From Macrostomum lignano (taxonomy: Eukaryota), in assembly GCA_002269645.1 (NCBI GenBank), contig NIVC01000291.1, positions 62,001-126,000 of the forward strand: 64,000 bases of DNA. Reading direction: 5' to 3'. The notes below the pieces were generated by a model that saw only the letters and a list, made by a program, of their open reading frames with translations, made no database searches and had not been told where the DNA came from. Position numbers and translations under genes: made by a program. Shown piece after piece: positions 13,330 through 27,963 of the stretch. Positions within the stretch are counted from its first letter, which is position 1. Each line of letters opens with the position of its first letter.

Positions 13330-14710
13330 CCAGGCTCTCTCTCAACTCCCTTGTGCTCTCTCTCAACTACCTTGGGCTCTCTCTCAGCTCCCTTGTGCTC
13401 TCCCTCAGCTCCCTTGTGCTCTCTCTCAACTCCCTTGGGCTCTCTCTCAGCTCCCTTGTGCTCTCCCTCAGCTCCCTTGTGCTCTCTCTCAACTCCCTTG
13501 TGCTCTCCCTCAGCTCCCTTGGGCTCTCCCTCAGCTCCCTTGTGCTCTCTCACAGCTCCCTTGTGCTCTCTCTCAGCTCCCTTGTGCTCTCCCTCAGCTC
13601 CCTTGTGCTCTCTCTCAACTCCCTTGTGCTCTCCCTCAACTCCTCAGGGCTCTCCCTCAACTCCTCAGGGCTCTCCCTCAGCTCTCAGGGCTCTCCCTCA
13701 GCTCTCAGGGCTCTCCCTCAGCTCTCAGGGCTCTCCCTCAGCTCCTCTGGGCTCTCCCTCAGCTCCTCAAAGCTCTCCCTCAGCTCCCTCGGGCTCTCCG
13801 TAAATTTCTCCAGAATACACCATCCATTTCTCCAGAATACACCATCCATTTCTCCAGAATACCCCATCCATTTATTCAGAATACCCCATCCATTTATTCA
13901 GAATACCCCATCCATTTATTCAGACTACCCCATCCATTCTCCAGAATACCCCATGCATTTCTCTTGAATACCCCATTCATACTCCAGAATACCCCATCCA
14001 TTTCTCTAGAATACTCAATCCATTCTCCAGAATACCCCATCCATTTCTCTAGAATACTCAATCCATTCTCCAGAATACCCCATCCATTTCTCCAGAATAC
14101 CCCTCCATTTTTCCAGAATACCCCATCCATTTCTCCAGAATACCCCATCCATTTCTCCAGAATACCCCATCCATTCTCCAGAATACCCCATCCATTTCTC
14201 CAGAATACCCCATCCATTTCTCCAGAATACCCCATCCATTCTCCAGAATACCCCATCCATTTCTCCAGAATACCCCATCCATTTCTCTTGAATACCCCAT
14301 CCATTTCTCCAGAATACCCCATCCATTTCTCCAGAATACCCCATCCATTTCTCCAGAATACCCCATCCATTTCTCCAGAATACCCCATCCATTTCTCCAG
14401 AATACCCCATCCATTTCTCCAGAATACCCCATCCATTTCTCCAGAATACCCCATCCATTTCTCCAGAATACCCCATCCATTTCTCCAGAATACCCCATCC
14501 ATTTCTCCAGAATACCCCATCCATTTCTCCAGAATACCCCATCCATTTCTCCAGAATACCCCATCCATTTCTCCAGAATACCCCATCCATTTCTCCAGAA
14601 TACCCCATCCATTCTCCAGAATACCCCATCCATTTCTCCAGAATACCCCATCCATTTCTCCAGAATACCCCATCCATTTCTCCAGAATACCCCATCCATT
14701 TCTCCAGAAC
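13330..14710. repeat. Two abutting minisatellites: 20-21-bp CTCTCCCTCAGCTCCCTTGTG (13330-13800) and 22-bp CCAGAATACCCCATCCATTTCT (13805-14710)
   Basis: Direct inspection. The long ORFs called here are only translations of the repeats. Confidence 0.95.
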
Positions 14711-15217
14711 CGTTCCTCCTCATTGTCCCAGATGTCAAGCTGCCCTACAACCGCAGGCCTCATCTCAAGCAATTCCCGCCGCTGCTCCCGCGCTGTCCCT
14801 GCGGAAGCCCCAGCGACCCATCGGCCGTGAACTGGCCGGCTGCCGTCCGGCAAGGTTTGGAAAGAATTGCAGCCAGCCAAGAGCAGCGGCTCTTTGCTGC
14901 TAGAGGGCGAGGCAGAGAAAACGCAGGGGAGGATCCAGCGGCCTGAACTGTAAATATGCACGGCTGGGAAGGGGCGAGACCTGAAATACAAGCCGGGGCT
15001 TCTGCAAATCTAGGAAAATAGGGGAAATCAAGAAAGAGAGAAAATATTTTGGTTTTTGTTGGCTTTAAGCATGGATGAGCTGTTAGACAGGTTGTACTGC
15101 GATGTCAGGCAGATGCTGTAAATGGAGTAAAACCTGATGATGATCGGGAGGAAGGCTGAGACTGAGAGACAGAATAGGAGCTTACCGATTGGAGGGTTAA
15201 AGCCAAAAAGGGGAGAA

Positions 15218-15630
15218 AGTCAGAGATCGGGAGAGAGTCAGAGATCGGGAGATAGTCAGAGATCGGGAGAGAGTCAGAGATCGGGAGAGAGTCAGAGATC
15301 GGGAGAGAGTCAGAGATCGGGAGAGAGTCAGAGATCGGGAGAGAGTCAGAGATTGGGAGAGTCAGATCGGGAGTCAGAGATGGGAGAGTCAGAGATCGGG
15401 AGAGAGTCAGAGATTGGGAGAGTCAGATCGGGAGTCAGAGATGGGAGAGTCAGATCTGGAGAGAGTCAGAGATCGGGAGAGAGTCAGAGATTGGGAGAGT
15501 CAGATCGGGAGTTAGAGATGGGAGAGTCAGATCTGGAGAGAGTCAGATCTGGAGAGAGTCAGAGATCGGGAGAGAGTCAGAGATCGGGAGAGAGTCAGAG
15601 ATCGGGAGAGAGTCAGAGATCGGGTGAGAG
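15218..15630. repeat. 18-bp minisatellite AGAGTCAGAGATCGGGAG
   Basis: Direct inspection. Confidence 0.93.
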
Positions 15631-16068
15631 TCAGTGTGCAGGTGGTGCCAGAGTCAGCTGAGCTCAGCACCAACAGCCCAGCCACACTGCATCTGGCTTG
15701 AATTCGACTCCCCCCTCTTCCCTTCCTTTCGTCGCACTTCCCAACTCCCATGCGGTTCTCTTCCCCTTCTCCCAGATCCCCATTTCCCCGTCCCGGCCCC
15801 GCCCCCCCGGCGGTTGGCCAGCTGCCAGAAGAGTGGCAACCGCAGGCTAAGAAATGGATGCGACCGGGTGTGAAAAGACACAGTACTTCAAATCCCTACT
15901 CAGATCTTGCTCTTCTGCAGCTGTCTGCCTGAGATGAGGAACATTTTAATTTTTAAAAACATTTGGTAAAAGCTGATAAGACTAAACGGAGAGCCAGTAA
16001 GAAGTAACTTCTTCGTCTTCAATAAGAATCAGACTGCAAATCTTTGCATTTCTACTAACAGTAGGCAG

Positions 16069-19000
16069 TGTTGTGCGTTTGAATGTATTAGGAGTATTCG
16101 CGCTTGGCGAGACTGTGGGCGCAGCCACACACCCTTTACAAGTATATTTGAGTTTGTCCATAGACAATAATTTATGCATGAATAAGAAACTAAAGCGGCT
16201 GGCTGCCACATCCCCTTTTTTTCAAAAGAACATTGTTCGTTAATTGCATAGTTTGTTCATAAACAAAAAAATTCATCATTAAACAGCTTGATAGAATCTC
16301 GTCTGTTTGACAGTACGACCCGATCGTGTCACATATGGCGCATTTGTGTCAGCATTAGTCGTTTGTCGGTTAGCATCTTCAGCAGGATTACTTGTTGTTG
16401 GATGCTCATGAGTTGGCTGAATTCCGGATGATGCAGTTGAATCTTTCAGATGACTCTCTGAGATATCTACTGGTCGCTGTAGCGCTAGATGTTTCGGTAT
16501 TGCAGACAGTCTGGAGTTCGCAACTCTGGGTGCTAAAAATCGTCGGTTCCTTCTGTAGCATTTACCATCAGCAGTTTGCACTTGGTACGATCGTTCTGGA
16601 TCCGTATGATCCCGCGATTGAATTTCTGCTGGAATCCACTGTCTCTTGTCCTCGTACAACCAGACTTGCTCTCCAGTCTCCAGTGGCTTCAAATCCCTAG
16701 CTGTACTGTTGTAGCGAATCGCGTCCTTCCTTCGCATGGCGTTCAGTGTTTCCAAATCATTCTTCGTCCATGTTCGTTTTGGTATCAATTCCATTATTGG
16801 TACAGGTAGTTCGTACCTCAATTTCCTTCCCATCAGTAGCTCTGCTGGGGTCGGTAACCCACGCTCAATCGGAGTATTACGGTAGTGAAGCATTGCTTTT
16901 TCAAAGTCTTCATTCTTTCTCAAGAAGCATTTCACTGTTTGCACAGCTCGCTCCGCTAATCCATTGGACTGTGGATATCTTGGTGATGATGTTACAAGCG
17001 CTATCCCGCTTGATTTAGCATATAATTGGAATGCGTTGGACGAGAATGGCGGTCCGTTGTCGCATCGCAACTTCTCAGGTGTTCCGAATGTGGAGAAATA
17101 TTTCTTTAATTGCAGGATAACAAACTCAGCTGTATTTGATCTTAATGGATCTGCACAGATCCATCGGCTGTATCTGTCCACTAAAACTATGAATTTTCGA
17201 CCTTTAAAATCGAACAGGTCAGTCGCGCACTCTTGAAATGGATAATCAGGATGCGGACTTTTAATGATTGTTTCTTTCTGTGGTCGGGATTGGCTGCTTT
17301 GGCAGGCATCGCATGCTGCTATGTAGTTCTGGATGTCCCGACGCATCTGAGGCCAGTATACCGATCCTCTTGCTTTTAGCAGTGTTTTTTCAATGCCTTG
17401 ATGTCCTTCATGAATGATGTTCAAGAATTCGTGGCGCATGGTCAGTGGTATAAATATCTTGCTGGTTTTCATAATTAATCTGTCGTGCTCGGCTAAATCG
17501 TGACGAACATTCCAGAAAGGCTTTAGTTGTTCTGGCAATTGGTTTCTGAGTTCCGGCCAACCCTCGCGAATGCGATTCTTGATCGCATGGCAAGTTGAAT
17601 CTGCATATGTGTGTTCCTGGATCTTCTTAAGTAGGTCTTCCGGTAGACAAACCTTTTGGATACCCAAGATTTGATTCTCAAGCTCGGAGTCTTTGTCACT
17701 CGCCGAATGCACGGATTGCAAGAAAGCACGGCTTAATGTATCAGCCAAATAAAGATATCTTCCCGGTTTGTATTGCACGTCTAAGTCGAATTCTTGGATC
17801 TTGAGTATCAGACGTTGAATTCTAGCCGATAGTTCATCCATTGGCTTCTTCATAATATACTGCAGCGGTTTGTGGTCAGACTCGACGGAGACTCTACGTC
17901 CCCAGAGATACTGTCTGAACCTTCGACAGCCAAATACTATCGCAAGCATTTCCTTCTCTATCTGGGCATATTTCTTTTGAGCGGATGTTAGAGCTGATGA
18001 TGCATACTCAATGACATGTCCTTCCTGCAATAGTGCTGCTCCCAAGCCATCTTTGCTGGCGTCGACAGATAAAATTAGGTCTTTATTCGGGTCAAATGGC
18101 GCAAGCACAGGTGCTTCGCAGAGGCACTGCTTGATTCCTTGATACGCCTTTTCTTGGTCGTTGGTCCACACCCATTCGGATTCTTTCTTCATGAGTTCCC
18201 TCAAAGGACTTGTCAGTGCAGAAAAGTTTGCTATGAATCTTGACAAGTAATTTGCACTGCCAATAAACTGTTGGAGCTGCGCTTGCTTTTCAGCACACTG
18301 TTCAAAACTGTTTGGGTGCGGCATTTCTTTGATGCTGTTTACTTTTTGTGGATCTACTTTCACACCTTTGTCAGTTAGTATGTGTCCAAGAAATCGAAGC
18401 TCGGTTTTGCCAATGCTCGTCTTTTGCCTGTTCAGAGTCAGGTTCTTTTTCCTGCATTGCTCCAAAAGATTTCGAACTGCTTGGTCGTGCTCTTCCCGAG
18501 TCTTTCCCCATACTATGATGTCATCGATGTAGTTAGCAGATTTTTCTACCTGACTTGTCACTTCTTCTTTGATGCGCCTTTGGTAAGCTTCAGGTGCATC
18601 CTTTAGACCAAAAGCTAGTCGATTCCATTTGTAAACACCAAACGGAGTGTGAAATGCAGTAAGAAGTGAACTTTCTTGATCCAACTGAACTTGATGGAAG
18701 CCAGACTTAGCATCAAATGTTGAGAAGTATTTTGCTCCTGTCATCTCGCTAATCATCTCGTCATAAGTTGGAATGGGGTATCGATTTCTGACAATATCAT
18801 CATTTAGATTCTTTGGATCTAAGCACAGTCTAATCGAGTTATCCTTCTTCCAGACGATAACAACATTGGACACCCAATCTGCCGGCTGGTCGCATTTCGT
18901 TATTATTCCTTGGCTCTGCAAACGGTCAAGCTCTTCACGCAGGGCCTTCATAGCCGCAAATGGGACTTTCCTTGGGCCTTGGACTTTCGGTATTGCACCT

Positions 19001-20577
19001 TCTCTCAATGAAATGTGATGCGCTCCAGGCAGACATCCAATTCCTTCGAACACATCGCTGTATTCCTTAAAGATCTTTGATTCCGTCAGCACTTCTTTAT
19101 CTGTAGTCTTTGTTACGTTGAGGATTTGAATCAGGCCTAATTTCTCAGCTGTGTCGGTCGCTAATAGAGGTGTATTGTCTTCCTCAATGATGGTGAATTC
19201 TGCTGTATGCACGGCGTCTTTGTGCGAGAGTCGCAATTTAATCTTGCCCTTCACATTAAGCGTCTGATTGTTATACACTGATAGTCTGGTGTGGTCTTTT
19301 TCTAATGGGTTGTCTGTGATTGTTCTTAAACGTTTCTCGGACATAATATTCACATCAGCGCCGGTATCAATTTTGTAGTTGACGATGTGTCCAAACTCAG
19401 TGTCTAGCGACACAACTGTTCTTGAAACGGCTTTCACTTCATTTCCATTATAATAATTCATAGAATATTTACTTACATCCCATGCAGCAGCTTGGTAAGA
19501 ATTCGATGTTTCAGTCACGTCAGTAAGCTCATCTTCAACTGTACGAATCTGTTTTGATTGTTTTGTTTTCTCTTTCCGGCACATGGCCTTAAAATGGTTC
19601 TTTTGTCCACAGTTCAAGCAGGTCTTGCCATAGGCACTGCAGTTGGTGTGACCAAATTTGTGGTTCTTGCCGCAGTATCTGCATGCCTGTTGTCCTGTAG
19701 GAGCCTTTCGTGTGATAGACTTGGACTTTGCTCTGGTTGATTGCTGCAACTTGTGATCAGGGTCTTTTACAATTCGACTGACAGAGTTTCTGTTTTCACT
19801 CTTTATACCTGTCATCTGCCTGGCTTGCATCTTTGAAGCTTCGGTGGCACGGCACAGAACAATAGCCTTTTCCAGTGTCAGCTTCTCTTCCTCAAGGAGC
19901 CGTTCACGGAGTGCTGAATTATGAATCCCATATACTATCTGATCTCGAAGCATGGCATCGTCAATGCATTGCCCATTTTTAGGCTTTGAAAAACTGCATC
20001 GCTTTATTAACAATCGTAGCTCATTTATGAAGTGATCAAAATCTTCATACTGCTCCTGCTTACGCATTCTAAACTTGTAGCGATCAAATGTTTCGCTGTC
20101 CAGAGGAATGCAGAATTTCTCGAATTTGTCGATGATGTCTTTGTGAGCAGAGTCAGTAGAGAGTTCGAATGTCTCGAATATGTCCCTGCCTTCTTCACCG
20201 ATGGCGGTCAGCAGAATCGCATTCTTCATGCTGTCAGCCTCCTTGTCGCGCTTTGTGGCGGTCATGTATAAATTGAATGCGCCGATCCATTTTCTCCAGC
20301 GTTCTGACTTGGCCTCATCGAATACCATGGGCCCTGGAGGTCGCAGTCCAGCTGCGTCGGACATGCCGCTGTAGTTGCCACCAAAAACGACGCACAAAGC
20401 AATTATCTAATAGGAGTCTTTTACCTCTGACACCATGTTGTGTGTTTGAATGTATTAGGAGTATTCGCGCTTGGCGAGACTGTGGGCGCAGCCACACACC
20501 CTTTACAAGTATATTTGAGTTTGTCCATAGACAATAATTTATGCATGAATAAGAAACTAAAGCGGCTGGCTGCCACA
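16069..20577 (-). mobile_element. Full-length Ty3/Gypsy LTR retrotransposon, Mag-like, 4509 bp
   Basis: 142-bp LTRs at 16069-16210 and 20436-20577 differ at 1 nt and have TG...CA ends. The 5-bp TSD GGCAG lies at 16064-16068 and 20578-20582. The PBS TGGTGTCAGAGGT abuts the 5' LTR and resembles a tRNA-Leu 3' end. The PPT AAAAAAAGGGGA abuts the 3' LTR. Confidence 0.96.
16279..20364 (-). CDS. Single gag-pol polyprotein (1361 aa from ATG 20364): Gag with Cys/His knuckles, protease, RT, RNase H, integrase
   Basis: Uninterrupted ORF with CLNCGQKNHFKAMC, DTGAD, YIDD, DAS...SDHKPL (RNase H), H-EG-H...CDAC and TDLF...DNG...NGLAERAVQ (integrase DDE). The domain order is Gypsy-type. Confidence 0.95.
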   Translation of the reverse strand: MSDAAGLRPPGPMVFDEAKSERWRKWIGAFNLYMTATKRDKEADSMKNAILLTAIGEEGRDIFETFELSTDSAHKDIIDKFEKFCIPLDSETFDRYKFRMRKQEQYEDFDHFINELRLLIKRCSFSKPKNGQCIDDAMLRDQIVYGIHNSALRERLLEEEKLTLEKAIVLCRATEASKMQARQMTGIKSENRNSVSRIVKDPDHKLQQSTRAKSKSITRKAPTGQQACRYCGKNHKFGHTNCSAYGKTCLNCGQKNHFKAMCRKEKTKQSKQIRTVEDELTDVTETSNSYQAAAWDVSKYSMNYYNGNEVKAVSRTVVSLDTEFGHIVNYKIDTGADVNIMSEKRLRTITDNPLEKDHTRLSVYNNQTLNVKGKIKLRLSHKDAVHTAEFTIIEEDNTPLLATDTAEKLGLIQILNVTKTTDKEVLTESKIFKEYSDVFEGIGCLPGAHHISLREGAIPKVQGPRKVPFAAMKALREELDRLQSQGIITKCDQPADWVSNVVIVWKKDNSIRLCLDPKNLNDDIVRNRYPIPTYDEMISEMTGAKYFSTFDAKSGFHQVQLDQESSLLTAFHTPFGVYKWNRLAFGLKDAPEAYQRRIKEEVTSQVEKSANYIDDIIVWGKTREEHDQAVRNLLEQCRKKNLTLNRQKTSIGKTELRFLGHILTDKGVKVDPQKVNSIKEMPHPNSFEQCAEKQAQLQQFIGSANYLSRFIANFSALTSPLRELMKKESEWVWTNDQEKAYQGIKQCLCEAPVLAPFDPNKDLILSVDASKDGLGAALLQEGHVIEYASSALTSAQKKYAQIEKEMLAIVFGCRRFRQYLWGRRVSVESDHKPLQYIMKKPMDELSARIQRLILKIQEFDLDVQYKPGRYLYLADTLSRAFLQSVHSASDKDSELENQILGIQKVCLPEDLLKKIQEHTYADSTCHAIKNRIREGWPELRNQLPEQLKPFWNVRHDLAEHDRLIMKTSKIFIPLTMRHEFLNIIHEGHQGIEKTLLKARGSVYWPQMRRDIQNYIAACDACQSSQSRPQKETIIKSPHPDYPFQECATDLFDFKGRKFIVLVDRYSRWICADPLRSNTAEFVILQLKKYFSTFGTPEKLRCDNGPPFSSNAFQLYAKSSGIALVTSSPRYPQSNGLAERAVQTVKCFLRKNEDFEKAMLHYRNTPIERGLPTPAELLMGRKLRYELPVPIMELIPKRTWTKNDLETLNAMRRKDAIRYNSTARDLKPLETGEQVWLYEDKRQWIPAEIQSRDHTDPERSYQVQTADGKCYRRNRRFLAPRVANSRLSAIPKHLALQRPVDISESHLKDSTASSGIQPTHEHPTTSNPAEDANRQTTNADTNAPYVTRSGRTVKQTRFYQAV

Positions 20578-21588
20578 GGCAGATTGAGGTTAAACCGAAA
20601 GTTTATATTCAGTAGCGCTTTAAAAACTATCGATTCTAATTTCCACTTCCGAAGCCCCTATTCCTGATCCAGTCTATCATATGCAAATGCTCCAATGTCT
20701 ACTACAACCCAGGGCCTCATGTCCAATATCCAAATATACTAAATCTCTAAGGTTTGTATGCTTGAATGTCCAATTATTGAGACCAATTTCATTTTCTCTG
20801 GTTTTCCTTCCCTTCTCTCTATAGCCTCATCTCTGAGATTGCAGATCTCTGACCGTGAAGAGCTCTCACCCCTCAAAAACAGGGAGGGGAGGCAGTAATG
20901 GACATGACAGGCGCTACTCGCGCGGTTTGATGGATAAATGCGGGACAAAAATCCTTGAAGCTGCAGCTGCGCCACCGCTCGCTGCTTTTCCATTTGCTAA
21001 AATAAGCATAATAAGCAGATCTGCCTCCCCTGCCTCCCCTGCCTCCCCTGCCTCCCCCTGCCTCCCTTGCCTTCCCTGGGTCCCCTGCCTCCCCTGCCTC
21101 CCCTGCTTTCCCTGCCTCCCTGCCTTCCCTGCCTCCCCTCCCTGCCTCCCCTGCCTCCCTGCCTTCCCTGCCTTCCCTGCCTCCCCTCCCTTGCCTCCCT
21201 GCTTTCCTGCCTTCCCTGCCTCCCCTCCCTTGCCTCCCTGCCTCCCTTGCCTTCCCTGGGTCCCCTGCCTCCCCTTCCTCCCCTGCTCCCCTGCGTCCCC
21301 TGCCTCCCCTGCCTCCCCTGCCTCCCTGCCTTCCCTGCCTCCCCTGCCTCCCCTCCCTGCCTCCCCTGCCTCCCCTGCCTCCCCTGCCTCCCCTGCCTCC
21401 CCTGCGTCCCCTTCCTTCCCTGCCTCCCCTTCCTCCCCTGCTCCCCTGCCTCCCCTGCCTCCCTGCCTCCCTGCTTTCCTGCCTCCCCTCCCTGCCTCCC
21501 TGCCTCCCTTGCCTCCCTGCGTTCCCTGCCTCCCTGCCTTCCCTGCCTTCCTCCCTGCCTCCCCTCCCTGCCTCCCCTCCCTGCCTTC

Positions 21589-24012
<2,424 letters not shown>

Positions 24013-24611
24013 CTTCCCTGCCTCCCCTCCCTGCCTCCCCTCCCTGTCTCCCTGCCTCCCCTGCCTCCCCTGCCTCCCTGCCTTCCCTGCCTCCCCTCCC
24101 TGCCTCCCTGCCTCCCCTGCCTCCCCTCCCTGCCTCCCCTGCCTCCCCTGCTCCCCTGCCTCCCCTGCCTCCCTGCCTTCCCTGCCTCCCCTCCCTGCCT
24201 CCCCTGCCTCCCCTGCCTCCCCTCCCTGCCTCCCTGTCTCCCCTGCCTCCCCTCCCTGCCTCCCTGCCTCCCTTGCCTCCCTGCCTTCCCTGCCTCCCCT
24301 CCCTGCCTTCCCTGCCCCCCGTATCCCTGGCCTCCCTGTGTCCTCTATTGCATCTTTTTTGAGAAGAAGAATGGAAGGCAATGAATTAATAAAATCGGAA
24401 GAAGAATATTTGGTTTATTTAACTTGCCACTATAAAGTCCAACTTTGAGTCAAATTACATTGTCTATTTTACAGATAATTCAACACAGAAAGAATCCAAC
24501 TGGAAAGCAAAAGAAGTACGAGCTCGCATGAGTATTCATTTAGAGTAGAAGTACTTTGCTACCGTCCTCTGCCTCTCAGACATCAGACATGTCAGACATC
24601 ACCCCCAGCAA

Positions 24612-27600
24612 TCAGTTTGTCGATAGTCCAACTCGCTGACTCCAGCTGGCCAGGGCTTCATCAAAACCCGCAGCCGCAGCCTCCTCAAAGTCGGGCAGCA
24701 TGACTGGCAGGTGGCTCACCCGCCGCTCAATCGCCGGCCACACGCAGTTGAACACCAGCTCCGAGCCTTTCGCGTTGAAATGAATCCCGTCCGCAAATAG
24801 CTGCTGCCAGTTCTGCCAGAGTGAAATCGGTTAAGCATGAGAATGACATTGAGAGCGGGCCGAGGAGTGCCTTTGGCGAAAGACTGGGAGAAAAATGATA
24901 TTGAAGGCAGAGTGCAGATTCCACTAGAAGGGGTGACAATGAGAAGAGACAAAAGGGTGACATTGAGGGGAGACAGAAGGGTAACATTGAGAGGAGACAG
25001 AAGGGTGACATTGAGGGGAGACAGAAGGGTGAGATTGAGAGGAGACAGAAGGGTGACATTGAGAGGAGACAGAAGGGGGACATTGAAAGGAGGCAGAAGG
25101 GGGACATTGAGAGGAGACAGATGGGTGACATTGAGAGGAGGCAGAAGGGGGACATTGAGAGGAGACAGATGGGTGCAACATTGACGGGAGAATGAGTAGT
25201 GAAACTGGCGGGTGGAAGTAACATTGAGAAGGAAATGATAATTGAAAGTGATGAGAACGAAATTGACAAAGGCTGACCTCGTGCTCCTTGATGGGCTTAA
25301 AGATGTCCACCAGTTCAACTCCGGTCTCATGAGCCACATCGCGGATGGCACGGTTGTATGGTTCGCAATCAGCCAGAAATTTGTCAAATGGAAAGCCGCT
25401 GGCCTCGCAGTCCAGCTTGTAGGCGGCTTCATCAACTGGCGGGATGCTGATGAGCAGCAATTTGTCTGGCGTCAGGCTCAGCCGCTGAAACGGTGGTGAG
25501 ATTGGTATATTTGGCATATTTGGAAACGCTGCCGATTATGTGTTATAAGCTGCGCCTCACAATGTCCTTGCCCCGAACCCTGCGCTCTCCGCCTCTCCTC
25601 CTCTGCCGCTGGTTCATTCTGGTCTGCCCGCCTCAGTCTTGAGCTGTCATTCTTCATTTTTTTTTCTCATTTTAGTTTTCATTGGCTGGCGTCTTTTCGT
25701 CTCTTTCTCGTTTGGGCCAGTCCAATCATGTCTCTCGTCGCGGAGGCACCTGATTGGCTAGTCTCCCCCCTTCTTTCTCTCTCGCCCTTCAACTCTGTGA
25801 GTTTTGTCCCCAACCCCAGCTCTGCAAGGCTTAGCAACGCCCAGCCCCATGCTCTCAACCAGTATTTGTGTGCGCGCGCAGCCCTCGCTCGGCTCTCGCC
25901 CTCCCTGCTCTCTCTACCACTTTGTGCAAAAGTCAGCGACAGTTGAGCAGAACAAAATAAAGTGACAAGGCAAAGCCAGACTGTACGAGCGCGTCAAGTT
26001 ACTCCTCCCGGTAAGACAGTGTTTACTTTTCATTCATTTGTCCTACCTCCTAAATCCCTTCCTCCTGTCTTGGTGGTTCGCTCGGGTCTGTGAAGTGTCC
26101 GTCCGCCTCCAGACCAGTGTCCACCTCTCTGGTGCTGAGTGGCTACCTGCTCGCAGCCTTATCATCCGAACCTCCCTCTTGTCGTAGGGCTAGGGTGTCT
26201 GTACGCTCCCCGCCCCTCCATTTCCGCCTCGAAGTGTCCGTACGCCTCGGGGGTCGCCGCTCTCCCGCCTATCATACCCAGCAAGTTCAGGGCGGTCCCG
26301 TACCCGAACCCCGATCACCCCATCTGCGGTCCTCGGAAAATACAACGTACGCATGCTAACAACATATTGGTGAGTTGCATGACTTTAGAACTTTTGATGA
26401 GTGTCAAAGCCAAATGCAACTCAAGTAAGAGTCTTCAAGGTACCTCGCTCTGGGCGTCAAAGACTGCATGCCTGTTCCAGGTTGTTTGCTGAAGAATCGG
26501 GAGATTGTGACGAGGCGCACTTGAGATCATTTATCAGAGCGCCTCAGTAGACAAGAAGTGAAAATATCTCTACAGCAGGGAAGAAGCAGTGGAGTTGCAA
26601 AGCCGCCCGTTAGAAGCTGTGGCAAGACAGTGCATGTAAGCCTTTGCCCGGATTAGGCATTGTCACATGAAGCTGCAAAAATCAGTCCTGGCATGAAATG
26701 GCGGGCGAGCAACGCAGCTCAATCCCGTCTCACTTAAGCCCTTCATCGCTCGCCGGGCCGCCTGCCCCCGGCAGACACGGACTTCCCTTTTATCCTAAAC
26801 CTCGACTCTGCCAGCTTCCGTTGCCCCATCATCCCTTTTTGAGACAGCGCTCCACCCTAACACCCCAACCCCAGCGATCGAGGCTTAGCGACCTCAAGCT
26901 CTGCTGGGCGAGGCGAAGCTCAGGAAGGACTGAGGGGCAGCTCAGCTGCTCTCGCTAATCTCATTCTCGCTTGCGGATGCGCCCCGGGGTTTCGCAAAAG
27001 TGCAACGCGAGCGTCCTTATTCCCATCCCCCGGACCATGCGGCGCAACAGGGCGATGCGCTCCGCACTGGTGTGAAACTCGATTAAAACTATCAAACTGA
27101 CCCCCGATTCGAGGCGCCAAGGTGGTCCTCATATTCCCTCATAGACCGAAAATTTAACTCAATTAAAGCAGTCGCACGAACCAACATGAGCTCGCGAAGG
27201 ATCCAGCCCAGGTTGTCCTTAAACTCGGTCAGAGGCACGTGGAGCGTCGGCTTGGCGGCACCCCGGCTGCTGTCGTTGGCGCCGAGGAACACCACGCAGG
27301 CGGCGGTGTCTCCGGCCTGGCCGCAGGGGCAACTCGCTGGCAGCAGGCGGGGCAGGCTGGCCCGCCACCAGCGGGTCGTGTAGCCAGAGAAGCCGCGCAC
27401 CCGGAGGTCGCAGCGGCGGCGAAGGCCGTGAGCCACTCGGGCCAGCCAGCAGCCATCGGGGGAGAAGCCGAACTGCAGAGAATGCATGGAATCAGTTTGT
27501 TGGTACGAGGGAACAGGCTCTGATAGATGCGATTCTCTGTCCACCAAGGCCACTTTGTTTCGGCTGTCACATCTACGAGCGGAAGTTTCAGTCGGTATTT

Positions 27601-27963
27601 CAGTTGGTCTTTAATATGCATGGTATTCTTAATAGTAGATCTTACGAGCGTACGAGCGTAGAGATCGTAACTCCATAAGATCTTACACGTACATGTAGGT
27701 CTTTAAGCTCGTAGGTCATTATAATGGTAAGGTAGTTAAGATCATAGGTATTTGAGATCGGAGGTCGCTAAGATCGTATTATTCAGGGTCTGTCAACATA
27801 ATATGCCGTACTCTATATGTATATGCACGCTTCAGTGTTGGGAGTTTATCCTCAAAGAGAGCCCTTCGTCATTTATTTACATAGTACCAAATCCTTCAGA
27901 AGTTACCTCCGTCAGCGAGTCGCCGATGAACAGGGCCGTCGGCCAGCGGTCCAACAGCGGCAT
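24612..27963 (-). CDS. IAH1: SGNH/GDSL hydrolase, isoamyl acetate-hydrolyzing esterase 1-like; exons 27963-27907, 27472-27182, 25484-25278, 24812-24612 (about 251 aa)
   Basis: The spliced product has block I WPTALFIGDSLTE, block II RGFSGYTTRW, block III FLGANDS and block V LFADGIHF. Junctions are GT-AG and phase 0. The exon 2 donor (TTG|gttcgt) is the least certain. Confidence 0.88.
24930..25185. repeat. 24-bp minisatellite in IAH1 intron 3
   Basis: GACAGAAGGGTGACATTGAGAGGA units. Confidence 0.9.

Noticed and set aside
13284-14991. Long ORFs of 150-503 aa
   Set aside because: They are translations of stop-free minisatellite units in several frames and on both strands, with no domain content.
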